IMG/VR virus record: IMGVR_UViG_3300042484_001250
Coordinates: 1 to 64,000 of that record
Reading direction: 5' to 3' (one strand)
Length of the DNA stretch: 64,000 bases
DNA from: an uncultured virus (IMG/VR IMGVR_UViG_3300042484_001250)
Taxonomy: Duplodnaviria; Heunggongvirae; Uroviricota; Caudoviricetes
The notes under the pieces were generated by a model. The model did not search any database, was not told where the DNA came from, and saw nothing but the letters and a program-made list of their open reading frames with translations. A program made the translations under genes and the position numbers. Every line of letters starts with the position of its first letter. The stretch's first letter is position 1. This document shows, in pieces, positions 40,421-49,885 of this stretch.

Positions 40421-43400
40421 TTAGTTGAATAGGTATCTTACACCTAATTGAATTTGGTAGCGAGAACCAAATCCTACGTTATCTCTGAATGAATCAGTAA
40501 ACGGAACTTTGTTTCTTCCATCCAAATATGGGAATGCGAAGATTGGTGTTTTACCATCAGTATCCAATTTAACAAAGTTAAGTGGAGTGATTGTTGTAGG
40601 TAATTGTTGAACACCCAATTTACTACTAATAAAGTTTGTGAAGTTATATACATCAGCAGTAAAACGTAATGTATGCTTTATAGCTCCAACTTTAATGTAA
40701 ACATCTTGCGTTAAATTCAAATCTAATCTATGAACCCACGGAAGAACTAATGCTTGTCTTTCTGCCATCATACCTCTACGAGTTGAAAGATAAGGATTGT
40801 TTGAAATAAAAGCATCTAATTGAGACCATAGTTCAGCTTGTGTTCTTGTATCAGCTACACCACTTACCGCAGATGCGTTAGTTAATTTGATTTGAGATGC
40901 ATCTTTAGGAACGAAGATTAAATCGTTACCATTGAAACCATCGTTATTCAAATCACCACCATATGTGTATGAAAGAGATGTTTGTGCGCTGTTAGGAGAT
41001 GCTTCATACAATAAACCAATTGAAGTTCTTGTATTCTTAATAAATTCCTTACCATAGTTCACACTAGCAATAATTCTATGAGGTAAATAGTTGTTTGAAA
41101 AACCTGCCTCAAAGTTGTTAGGGTCAGTACCAGTCGGTCTAGCTCCCCACATTGTAAATGCAGTTGAACCATTGATTGTTGCATCTACTGCCGTTTGGCG
41201 AGTATAAGAAGCGTTTACACCTAAGTTATTAAATTGTCTTTGGATTTGTAATGTTCCAAATAAAGTATGACCGATGTTTGCATTCGTCATATAGATTGCA
41301 TTACCAATGTTTGGATTCTCCGCAGTTTGAGCCGCACCAACCGCATCATATACCGAACGTTTAACGAAACGAGTTCTACCATCACTTAATGTTGTGTTAC
41401 CCGATGATGGTAATGCAACGTTTTGGAAAACAGTAGCGTTGATGTTTTGGATATAAGTTCCCTCCGCAGTTACGGTCCAACCTAATACTTTCTTATCAAC
41501 TGCTAATGTAGATTTCCAAACCTGTGGGAATTTATAATTAGGGTCAGTTACGTTAAGAGAATATGATTTGGATAAACCTGGCGTTGGCGTTGGTCTATAT
41601 TTATCAATATCAGGTGAGAATACATATCCAGTTCCATTTGTAATAGAGCCAAATAATGCCATACCACTATTAGATGCCTGATTTGAAATCCATACAAATG
41701 GTGGAGGTCCTTGGAATAAACCAGTACCACCTCGTATTTGTAAAGTTTGGTCATCATTCACATCCCAGTTAAATCCAACTCTTGGTGATATTTGTAGTGA
41801 AGCAGATGGTGCTAAACCTGTGTTTAATTTCGTACCATTATAGAACTTATCTAAACCAGCAACTACTGGATTGAAAAGGAAGTTATCAGCAAACGAAACA
41901 TAATCAGCTCTAATACCATATGTTAAAGTTAAATTATCTTTTACTCTAAACTTATCTTGCGCAAATAAACTTAACTCCATATTCTTTGGTCCAACCAATG
42001 GGAAACCACCACTCAATGAATATGATAAATCATAGAACGCTGCTGGTTTTGTTCCTGCTGCCGAAGCGTAGAAATCTGCTAAACTATTGAAACGATATGC
42101 ACCTGCGAATGAAGGTGAAAAACCATTTGAATAAGTTTTGAATGAGTTTTGTGTACCAAATGTAAATTCGTGCTTACCTTTGTATAAGTTGAAAATGTTA
42201 TTAAGTTGAATTACATCAGTATTCAATACGTTACCATATGTAAATCTTTCATAACCAAACGTTGTGTAAGGTAAGCCATTACCATCTAAGATATCTACTT
42301 GTGGGAAATTACCAACACTTAAAGGTGCTCTATAATCTCTCAATTGAGTATATCCAATTTGCAATTTGTTATTTGCCGAATTAGAGAATCGAGTGTTCAA
42401 CTCACCAATTAAGATATCCGCATCGTTGTTGATGATGTATCCACTACCAAAGAAAGGCATTGCTGTGTTACCCGGTCTTCTACCATTTGATGAGTTAATT
42501 GAACCACTATTAGATGCTGGGATATCAGCTGAAGAACGTAACATTGTATATTTCAATGAGAACGAATTCTTTGCATTAATATTCCAATCTATCTTTGCAG
42601 TTAATCTTTGTGATTTAGAACCATACTGATAACCTTGATATGCACCGGGGTCATATTTGTAAGTATCAATTAAGAACTTTCTCAACGCATCTAAATCAGA
42701 TGTTTTTGCCTGTGATACGTTAGTACCATTTGGTGTATTGTTAGCATCTGATGCTACCCATTGAGTACCCGGCTCCATTCTTTCTTCTTGCTCTCCGTTT
42801 AAGAAGAAAAACAACTTATCCTTAACAATTGCACCACCTGCGGTGAAACCTTTAAGGTCATATGTGAATGGTTGTTGTGGTAAAGTGATATCACCTACCT
42901 TATACCCTTGCAAATCTTTATTCTTAAAAAATTGGTAAACCGAACCAAATGCCTGATTCTTACCACTACGAGTTACAGTGTTCACCGAGCCACCTGCGAA
43001 ACCACCATACTTAACATCAAAAGGAGAAACGTTTACTTGGATTTGTTCAATCGCATCTAATGAGATTGGTTGCGCTCCAGTCTGTCCTCCCAATGTTCCA
43101 TCACCCAATCCAAATGAGTTATTGAAGTTCGCACCATCTAATGTTACGTTATTCAATTGAGAACTCATACCACCAAACGATAAGTTGTTTTGTGATGGTA
43201 CTAATTTAACTAAATCTTTCCAACTACGATTTACGTTTGGTACTGATTCGATTAATCTTCTATTGATAATCTCCTGCGAACCATTACGGCTTGAGTTGAA
43301 AACTTTGTTTTGACCTGATACAACAACGACTTCGTTTAAGGTAGTAGATGATTCCACTAAATTAAAGTTAGCTCTATGTGTCTGTCCTAACAATAATGTA

Positions 43401-43681
43401 ATATCATTTTGTGTTTCGTTTTTGTATCCCACAAATGATACTGTAACTACATAAGGTCCTCCAATTTTTAAGTTTGGTAGGTTATATCTTCCATCAGCAC
43501 GAGTGGTTGTACCATACTTCGTACCGGTTGGTTGATGGATAGCCTGTACAGTTGCACCTGCGATAGCTTCCTTACCTGCCAAAACATTACCTTGAATTTC
43601 TGATGTAGTTTCTTGTGCAAATGCTCCAAATGATGATACGAATACCAACAAAAGTAACATTAGATTTTTTAACTTTCTCAT
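40421..43681 (-). CDS. TonB-dependent outer-membrane receptor, Oar-like, with N-terminal carboxypeptidase-regulatory-like domain
   Basis: Signal peptide, LNEVVV, QPISLDAIEQIQV...PFDV..GGF.GG.VN.VTRSG plug, SPRVGFNWD, C-terminal QLGVRYLFN. Confidence 0.92.
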   Translation of the reverse strand: MRKLKNLMLLLLVFVSSFGAFAQETTSEIQGNVLAGKEAIAGATVQAIHQPTGTKYGTTTRADGRYNLPNLKIGGPYVVTVSFVGYKNETQNDITLLLGQTHRANFNLVESSTTLNEVVVVSGQNKVFNSSRNGSQEIINRRLIESVPNVNRSWKDLVKLVPSQNNLSFGGMSSQLNNVTLDGANFNNSFGLGDGTLGGQTGAQPISLDAIEQIQVNVSPFDVKYGGFAGGSVNTVTRSGKNQAFGSVYQFFKNKDLQGYKVGDITLPQQPFTYDLKGFTAGGAIVKDKLFFFLNGEQEERMEPGTQWVASDANNTPNGTNVSQAKTSDLDALRKFLIDTYKYDPGAYQGYQYGSKSQRLTAKIDWNINAKNSFSLKYTMLRSSADIPASNSGSINSSNGRRPGNTAMPFFGSGYIINNDADILIGELNTRFSNSANNKLQIGYTQLRDYRAPLSVGNFPQVDILDGNGLPYTTFGYERFTYGNVLNTDVIQLNNIFNLYKGKHEFTFGTQNSFKTYSNGFSPSFAGAYRFNSLADFYASAAGTKPAAFYDLSYSLSGGFPLVGPKNMELSLFAQDKFRVKDNLTLTYGIRADYVSFADNFLFNPVVAGLDKFYNGTKLNTGLAPSASLQISPRVGFNWDVNDDQTLQIRGGTGLFQGPPPFVWISNQASNSGMALFGSITNGTGYVFSPDIDKYRPTPTPGLSKSYSLNVTDPNYKFPQVWKSTLAVDKKVLGWTVTAEGTYIQNINATVFQNVALPSSGNTTLSDGRTRFVKRSVYDAVGAAQTAENPNIGNAIYMTNANIGHTLFGTLQIQRQFNNLGVNASYTRQTAVDATINGSTAFTMWGARPTGTDPNNFEAGFSNNYLPHRIIASVNYGKEFIKNTRTSIGLLYEASPNSAQTSLSYTYGGDLNNDGFNGNDLIFVPKDASQIKLTNASAVSGVADTRTQAELWSQLDAFISNNPYLSTRRGMMAERQALVLPWVHRLDLNLTQDVYIKVGAIKHTLRFTADVYNFTNFISSKLGVQQLPTTITPLNFVKLDTDGKTPIFAFPYLDGRNKVPFTDSFRDNVGFGSRYQIQLGVRYLFN

Positions 43682-43717
43682 ACTTTTTTTGTTTTTGTTT
43701 TGTTTGTTTAATTAAAA

Positions 43718-43750
43718 TAAAAAAGGTGTAGGGACATCCCACACCTGCTT
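43718..43750 (-). terminator. Terminator hairpin inside the receptor's 5' leader
   Basis: Minus strand AGGTGTGGGATGTCCCTACACCT-TTTTTATTTT. Confidence 0.75.
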
Positions 43751-43826
43751 ATAGATAGAATAATTGTACGTTAAACGGCTCGTTTGTAAATGTAACTTTT
43801 TTTAGATTTATTTGTTTGTCTAACAT
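43749..43826 (-). CDS. Putative leader peptide MLDKQINLKKVTFTNEPFNVQLFYL
   Basis: 25-aa ORF between the promoter and the leader terminator. Confidence 0.45.
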   Translation of the reverse strand: MLDKQINLKKVTFTNEPFNVQLFYL

Positions 43827-43877
43827 AGGCAATTTTTTCTATCCTTTTATAACTATTTGATAGATATAAAATTTTAA

Positions 43878-43909
43878 CAAAGATACGAAGAAAAAATGGG
43901 AAATCCTAA
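43878..43909 (-). promoter_or_regulatory. Bacteroidota-type promoter for the receptor operon
   Basis: Minus-strand TTAGG...TATCTTTG. Confidence 0.7.
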
Positions 43910-44043
43910 TTTTTTATTTAGTATTTTATCAATACGATTGGTATGCTTAATATTAAAAAATAATTAAAAAATATTTACTAAAAAGCTTGGAAATGTGGAA
44001 TATTTTTATTACCTTTACTATGTAATAAATGATAAGATAAGAT

Positions 44044-44364
44044 ATGAAAAATTACAATAACCCCATCGTTGAAAAGTTTATTGAAAAAGTGAATGCTGAA
44101 ATCGAAGAGTATTATTCAACTCACTTATCAAACCTAACACCCAAACCAATGGAGATGCGTGTTGGTACTAAGTTTATCAAATTAATTAGTAACGGAAGTG
44201 TGTGGGGATTTATCTCCCGATATGATGGTGAATACAAAGGTGTTCCAATTAAGAAAGGTGATTTAATGAAAGCCGCTTCTCGTGATTCTCCTGCCAAACA
44301 TAGTAGAGGTAACATCGTTGATGGAACTGCTCGTTATGGTGTGTATGGAGTTCAATACCTATAA
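44044..44364 (+). CDS. Conserved phage hypothetical protein
   Basis: SVWGFI...KGDLMKAAS..PAKHSRGNI; promoter at 43987-44017. Confidence 0.8.
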   Translation: MKNYNNPIVEKFIEKVNAEIEEYYSTHLSNLTPKPMEMRVGTKFIKLISNGSVWGFISRYDGEYKGVPIKKGDLMKAASRDSPAKHSRGNIVDGTARYGVYGVQYL

Positions 44365-44374
44365 AAATTAAAGA

Positions 44375-45751
44375 GTGCAGTTAAGACCTAATCAAATAGA
44401 ACCTGTTAAAAAGGGAGTGGAATTCTTTAAGCAAAAGAAAGCCGTTCCCTCAATTATTGTTGCCCCAACGGCATTCGGTAAATCAATTGTTATCGCTCAG
44501 ATAGCAAAAGAAGTTGGAGAGAAGTTATTAGTTATCCAACCATCCAAAGAACTCTTAGAGCAGAACTATAATAAGTTTATAGGGTTGGGTGGGGAAGCAT
44601 CTATCTATTCGGCTGCAATGGGGGAGAAAGAGATTGGACACGTTACCTATGCAACCATTGGTTCGATTGTAAACATCGCATACAAGTTTAAGGATATGGG
44701 TATCACCAAAGTCATTATCGATGAGTGTGATAGATTTCCAAGAGACCCTAAAGGAATGATGCGAAGATTTTTAGATGCTGCAAAAACAACTCACGTATTA
44801 GGATTAACCGCAACTCCATTAAAGTTACAAACCAATATGGGGGATGATGGAAGACCTTTTTCTAAATTGGTAATGTTGACATCCCGTTCTAAAAAGGGTA
44901 TATTCTTTAAGGAGGTACTTCATGTGGCTCAAATTAAAGAGATGGTTGATTTACAATTTTGGTCTCCTCTAAAATATGAATCATATGATTTTAATACTGG
45001 GGATTTGGTTTACAATTCAACCAACGCAGAGTTCACCGATGAATCAATTCAGAAAGCTTACAAAAACCAAGATATTGGTGGTAAGATTATGAAGAAGATT
45101 TCGGATATGCCTGATAGAAAATCTATATTAGTTGCCGTACCCTCAATTGATGATGCTAAATTGTTATCAACACAATTACCATCTTGCGAAGCAGTATATA
45201 GCGGAATGCCTGATAAGGATAGAGATAGGATTATTGATGATTTCAAAAACCTACGATTACGAATTGTAGTTCAAGTTACTATTCTTTCGGTAGGATTTGA
45301 CCATCCTCAATTAGATTGTATCATTACAGGTAGACCTACTGCATCTTTAAGTTGGTGGTATCAGTTTGTGGGTAGGGTAACTCGTATCCACTCCGAAAAG
45401 CCAAATGGATTGGTTATAGATTTTGTAGGTAGTGTTCCGAAATTTGGAAAGGTTGAGGATTTATACTTTAAGAAAGAAGGTGTGATGTGGAAACTCTATG
45501 GGGAAGGTCAAAAGTTGTTGACTGGTATTCCGTTGCATGAAGTTGGATTACATATAGAAGGACAGAAATCTCCGCACGAATTAGCAGAAGAAAGTCCTGA
45601 TGTGATTATGACATTTGGAAAATACAAAGATACACCAATCAGAAAAATACCTATATGGTATAGAAAGTGGATGTTGGAGAACATTACTTGGAATCAATTT
45701 AATCAAGCTATCAAAGCTGAATTACTCCGATTAAAAAATATTGGAATTTAA
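44375..45751 (+). CDS. SF2 DExD helicase (RadD/UvsW-like) with C-terminal FGKYK domain
   Basis: LRPNQ, APTAFGKS, IIDECD, GLTATP, LSVGFDHP, QFVGRV.R; MTFGKYK..IP.WY. Confidence 0.9.
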   Translation: MQLRPNQIEPVKKGVEFFKQKKAVPSIIVAPTAFGKSIVIAQIAKEVGEKLLVIQPSKELLEQNYNKFIGLGGEASIYSAAMGEKEIGHVTYATIGSIVNIAYKFKDMGITKVIIDECDRFPRDPKGMMRRFLDAAKTTHVLGLTATPLKLQTNMGDDGRPFSKLVMLTSRSKKGIFFKEVLHVAQIKEMVDLQFWSPLKYESYDFNTGDLVYNSTNAEFTDESIQKAYKNQDIGGKIMKKISDMPDRKSILVAVPSIDDAKLLSTQLPSCEAVYSGMPDKDRDRIIDDFKNLRLRIVVQVTILSVGFDHPQLDCIITGRPTASLSWWYQFVGRVTRIHSEKPNGLVIDFVGSVPKFGKVEDLYFKKEGVMWKLYGEGQKLLTGIPLHEVGLHIEGQKSPHELAEESPDVIMTFGKYKDTPIRKIPIWYRKWMLENITWNQFNQAIKAELLRLKNIGI

Positions 45752-45773
45752 TATATTTTATATTTATAGGGGT

Positions 45774-46193
45774 ATGATATCTCTTGAAAAAATATTAAAA
45801 GAATTAAACAATGTAACAGACACCTCATCTGGTGCTGTAAAAATTGGCTCAAATAATCCATCTTCACTTGCAAGAGTATTAGGACCTCAATTTTTGAAAA
45901 TTGTAATTTCCGATGAAAATGGTGGGGGTTTTTCTGATTCTAAAAAAAGAAACGAATTATTTTCTTTAATAAAAAGTGAATTAATTACACCAAACTCAAT
46001 TTTTAAATTCAATAGTTCGGAAATACAAAAGATAATGGATGAATTAAAATACTATCCAGCTACAAATAAAATTGTTGGAAACCTTCCTAAATTTATGTTT
46101 AAAACTGGAAACATCCCTTCAATGAAGAGTATTAAAATTTCAAAAGAGATTTATAACATAAGTCCTACTATTGAAATAAAACAAAAGAAATAA
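45774..46193 (+). CDS. Hypothetical protein (late-type)
   Basis: MISLEKILKE start 5 nt after TATTTATA. Confidence 0.65.
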   Translation: MISLEKILKELNNVTDTSSGAVKIGSNNPSSLARVLGPQFLKIVISDENGGGFSDSKKRNELFSLIKSELITPNSIFKFNSSEIQKIMDELKYYPATNKIVGNLPKFMFKTGNIPSMKSIKISKEIYNISPTIEIKQKK

Positions 46194-46197
46194 TAAT

Positions 46198-46434
46198 ATG
46201 GGAAAATATTTCGTACACAAGCAACTAATACCTATTGATTCAAATATGGGTGACCCGAATTGGGCAAAAAGACAGATATGGGTTTTACGCCTAAATCCAA
46301 ATGATACCATTGATGAGTTTGATACTATCGATGAGGCACAAGTTAAAGTTGGATTATTAATGAATGAAGACCCTTCTGGTAGAATCTACAAAGTTGTAGA
46401 ACAATCTGAAGATGGTACATTCTCTGATATTTAA
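46198..46434 (+). CDS. Hypothetical protein
   Basis: 78-aa ORF. Confidence 0.65.
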   Translation: MGKYFVHKQLIPIDSNMGDPNWAKRQIWVLRLNPNDTIDEFDTIDEAQVKVGLLMNEDPSGRIYKVVEQSEDGTFSDI

Positions 46435-46726
46435 AAAAATAATAAACATACATGCGGTAACACTTCCCTGGTTTGCACTGTGTCACGTGTCTGCTTGCGA
46501 AAAGTTGTCAAAAGATTGAAATTAAAAATTTTGCCTGAACCAATAATCTTCCAACTTTCTTAGGTGATTAAAGTGTAGTATCCGAACGATACATTTATAT
46601 ATATGACCATCTTTTACCAAACGAAAGAAAAAAATCAAAAAATATTAAAAAAATAAAATATAGTTTGTTTTGTTTGGATTTATCAATTTTTATTCTTATC
46701 TTTGTAAATTAACTAAAACAAAATAT

Positions 46727-47086
46727 ATGTTACACTCGAATTTTGAAGACCCTTCAATTGTTGAATTAGCCGAAAAGGATTACCCTGAAACTACGGCAGA
46801 GTACAAACGAATTATGTATGAACAATACGAATTGTTCTGCCGTAAACAATCAAACTATGGACCGGGAAACATTTCGGTGGGAACTGAATGTAGAAGTGAT
46901 GCTGATGTGAAGTTATCATTAACTGGCTTATGGTTTAGAATCAATGATAAGATTAATCGTTTAAAACAAATGATTATTATCGGAGCGCAAGATAATGTTG
47001 GAGAATCTCTAACGGATACATATCAAGACCTTTCAGTATATGGTATCATCGCTCAAATTGTACAAAACAAAAAGTGGGGTAAGTAA
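46727..47086 (+). CDS. Nucleotide-modification-associated domain (DUF1599/Nmad1-like) protein
   Basis: KQSNYG, RINDKINRL, ESLTDTYQDLSVYGII. Confidence 0.75.
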   Translation: MLHSNFEDPSIVELAEKDYPETTAEYKRIMYEQYELFCRKQSNYGPGNISVGTECRSDADVKLSLTGLWFRINDKINRLKQMIIIGAQDNVGESLTDTYQDLSVYGIIAQIVQNKKWGK

Positions 47087-47526
47087 TGGAGTGGGGTGAA
47101 TACTTTATTAATATAGCCGAACAGGTTAAATTAAAATCAAAAGATAACAACACCAAAATAGGAGTGGTTATAGTTGGTAAAGATAATGAGATTGTTTCTA
47201 CCGGCTATAACTCATTTCCAAGAGGTATTGATGATAGTGTTGAAGAACGACAAGAAAAACCTGAAAAGTATTTTTGGTTTGAACATGCCGAACGAAACGC
47301 AATCTACAACGCAGCAAGAATAGGAGTATCAACTTTAGGAACTACAATGTATATGACTTGTGGTATTAGTTGTGCGGATTGTGCTAGAGCTATTATCAAT
47401 GCAGGAATTTCAAAGATTGTACTCCGTAGTGGGAAAGGTGCAATGAGTCCAAAGTGGGTAGAATCAGCCCAACGTTCAAATCAAATGTTTAAGGAAGCTG
47501 GAATCCAAATCGAATATTATGATTAA
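47086..47526 (+). CDS. dCMP deaminase
   Basis: SKD..TKIG, STGYN, HAERNAI, CADCARAII. Confidence 0.92.
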   Translation: MEWGEYFINIAEQVKLKSKDNNTKIGVVIVGKDNEIVSTGYNSFPRGIDDSVEERQEKPEKYFWFEHAERNAIYNAARIGVSTLGTTMYMTCGISCADCARAIINAGISKIVLRSGKGAMSPKWVESAQRSNQMFKEAGIQIEYYD

Positions 47527-47541
47527 TCCATATTTATTTAT

Positions 47542-48456
47542 ATGGAATATATTACATTAAATAAGTTAGTAAACAAATACCCAACAATTGGAAACTACGT
47601 TGCCAATGTGGTAGGTAGTATAAAATTGAATGGAATATATGCTGTAAAAAATTTTATTGATTTTAAAATATCTCCAGTCAATAATATAAAATTAGATAAT
47701 ATACAAACAATTGATAATACAAAATTTCAATTTGTATTGGGTGTAAAGAACAAATCATCAGAAACAACACCATTCAAATATTTCACATCTCCTGATTTTT
47801 TTAAAAAACTACAAGAATCAATAAATGAACCAAATCCATATTTTATTTTACAAGCTTTAAAAAAAGAATTTATAGTTGAATATTCATTAGAAGATGATAT
47901 AAATACATTAAAGGATTTATCAAAATTAGAAGCTGAAGATATGGTTACTGTTAAAAATCATATTTGGTTTTTGGAAAATGGTAATGTGGATTACAAAAAA
48001 TTAGTTCAATATATAGATTGGATAGTATCTACTCCAAACCCATTAGATACTGCTAATTTAGGTGTAATACCGGTTTCCGATATATTAACTAAAGCTGATT
48101 ATGAAATTGAGAAATTAAAATTACCTGAATTACCAAAATCAGAATCTGGTGGTAGTGCTGGTAGAGGCGGTGGTAGTTCATCTGATATTAACTACGATGA
48201 ACCATTTGGTGGTTCAAGTGGTGGTTCAAGTGGTGGTTCAAGTGGTGGTTCAAGTGGTGGTAGTGCTGGTGGTGGTGGAACGGCACCACCAGATACAACT
48301 GGCGGCCAAGGTGATGGTGGCGGTGGTGGGAGAACCAACCGTATGGAAGAAGATATCAATGATGTAATTAATGGTAATGGTCGTGGTGGACGAGGTGGTA
48401 GAAGTGGAACTGAAGATGTTGTATATGATACTGGTGGTGGAAGCAGTTTACGATAA
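47542..48456 (+). CDS. Hypothetical protein with Gly/Ser-rich low-complexity tail
   Basis: 304 aa; GGSS repeats and an RGG segment. Confidence 0.75.
   Translation: MEYITLNKLVNKYPTIGNYVANVVGSIKLNGIYAVKNFIDFKISPVNNIKLDNIQTIDNTKFQFVLGVKNKSSETTPFKYFTSPDFFKKLQESINEPNPYFILQALKKEFIVEYSLEDDINTLKDLSKLEAEDMVTVKNHIWFLENGNVDYKKLVQYIDWIVSTPNPLDTANLGVIPVSDILTKADYEIEKLKLPELPKSESGGSAGRGGGSSSDINYDEPFGGSSGGSSGGSSGGSSGGSAGGGGTAPPDTTGGQGDGGGGGRTNRMEEDINDVINGNGRGGRGGRSGTEDVVYDTGGGSSLR
48208..48255 (+). repeat. In-frame 12-bp tandem repeat (GGTGGTTCAAGT x4)
   Basis: Perfect copies encoding GGSS. Confidence 0.95.
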
Positions 48457-48559
48457 TTAAGGTGGTAGATTTTGGTAACAAATTTATTAAATACATAAAA
48501 CAAATAAAGTTATTTTCTTTAGTTTAAGATACTTATTAGTAATAAACTAAGTTTTGCCT

Positions 48560-48925
48560 ATGGCATATTCTAAGGTACATTGGAAAAAGTATTTAGATAG
48601 TTCACATCCTACTATCAATCAATACCTTAGTGTATTTGGTGATAACTTCATCAAACAAACTCACCACCGAATCAAACAAGCTCATAAAAGAAAATTGCCT
48701 GAAATCGTTCTCATTCGATTTAAGGATTCCGATATTGTTTCCATCGTAAAAAGTAAACATTATATTTCAGTATTGGAAAATCTTCTAAATTTATGCATTA
48801 AGTTAGAGAAGTATGAGTTGTGTGGAGATATACATCAAACATTAGATTTATTAAAAAGTAAAAATAAGATTAGAATCGCACTAGGTGTGGTTGGTAAAAC
48901 TAATCCGGTTACGTTAGTGAACTAA
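48560..48925 (+). CDS. Hypothetical protein
   Basis: C-terminal EKYELC..I helix pair (UVR-like). Confidence 0.7.
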   Translation: MAYSKVHWKKYLDSSHPTINQYLSVFGDNFIKQTHHRIKQAHKRKLPEIVLIRFKDSDIVSIVKSKHYISVLENLLNLCIKLEKYELCGDIHQTLDLLKSKNKIRIALGVVGKTNPVTLVN

Positions 48926-48937
48926 ATAGTAATCAAT

Positions 48938-49777
48938 ATGGGAAAGAGACAACCAAAAACTCTGGATGAAGTGAGAGAGGCAATAAATGTTTTGCCAAAA
49001 GTAGTAAAGAAGATTAAATTTAAAACGAAAAATCAAAAGAGGTTTTTTAAAGCAATTGAGAATGATGGAAATAATATTGTAATGGCTCATGCATTAGCAG
49101 GAGCAGGTAAGACCTACGTTGCAATACAAAAAGGATTGGAGTTGTTATTCCACAAATCATCACCAATTGAAAAACTTATTATTATGAACCCAACGGTTGA
49201 TGTGGGTGGTGAGGATAAGTTGGGTTTCTTACCCGGCGATTTGATGGAGAAGATTGAAGTACACAACGAATCTGCTCTATACATTTTAGATAAGATAATA
49301 GGATTAGCAGAAACTCGTAGATTGATTGCGCAAGGAAAGATTGAGTTTAAAGTACTTAACTTTTTGAGAGGAAACAATATGGAAAAATCCTATGTTATAT
49401 TGGATGAAGCACAAAACGCATCACCTCTACAACTAAAAACATTGGTAACTCGTATTACGGATGATTCAAAACTTATCATTCAGGGTGACCTTTCACAATG
49501 TGATAAGTATAGAAACAATGGAACACCTGCTTACCAAAAGAGTGGGTTCTACGATGTGTGGAAACGATTGGCAGGATTGAAGGGAGTTTATCAAATAGAA
49601 TTTACTAAAGATGATTGTATCCGTTCTGGTATTGTTAAAAGAATATTGGAAAGGTACGAATTGGAAGAGGAAATCTATTTAGGAGAAAACAACTCATATG
49701 AAATAGATGTTGATTATAATCCAGCCGTAGAGATATTGGATATAGAAGAGTATCAGTTTGTTGATGAAATACAATAA
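48938..49777 (+). CDS. phoH: PhoH-family ATPase
   Basis: NQ, AGAGKT, LGFLPG, FLRG, ILDEAQN, TR, GD..QCD, RSGIV. Confidence 0.93.
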   Translation: MGKRQPKTLDEVREAINVLPKVVKKIKFKTKNQKRFFKAIENDGNNIVMAHALAGAGKTYVAIQKGLELLFHKSSPIEKLIIMNPTVDVGGEDKLGFLPGDLMEKIEVHNESALYILDKIIGLAETRRLIAQGKIEFKVLNFLRGNNMEKSYVILDEAQNASPLQLKTLVTRITDDSKLIIQGDLSQCDKYRNNGTPAYQKSGFYDVWKRLAGLKGVYQIEFTKDDCIRSGIVKRILERYELEEEIYLGENNSYEIDVDYNPAVEILDIEEYQFVDEIQ

Positions 49778-49885
49778 ATTTTGTCAGTAAAATTTTAATA
49801 AAAGTAAAAAATAAAGGGGTAAAAATTTGGTAATTTCAAATAAATTTCGTATATTTGAAAGTACTAATGATTTACCCCTTTTATT

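Noticed and set aside
40421..43681. Window being a bacterial chromosome or prophage boundary
   Set aside because: Both flanks carry phage-type genes and the same promoter motif; no integrase, att site or housekeeping operon is seen.
48208..48255. Phase-variable repeat
   Set aside because: The 12-bp unit keeps the frame and only changes linker length.
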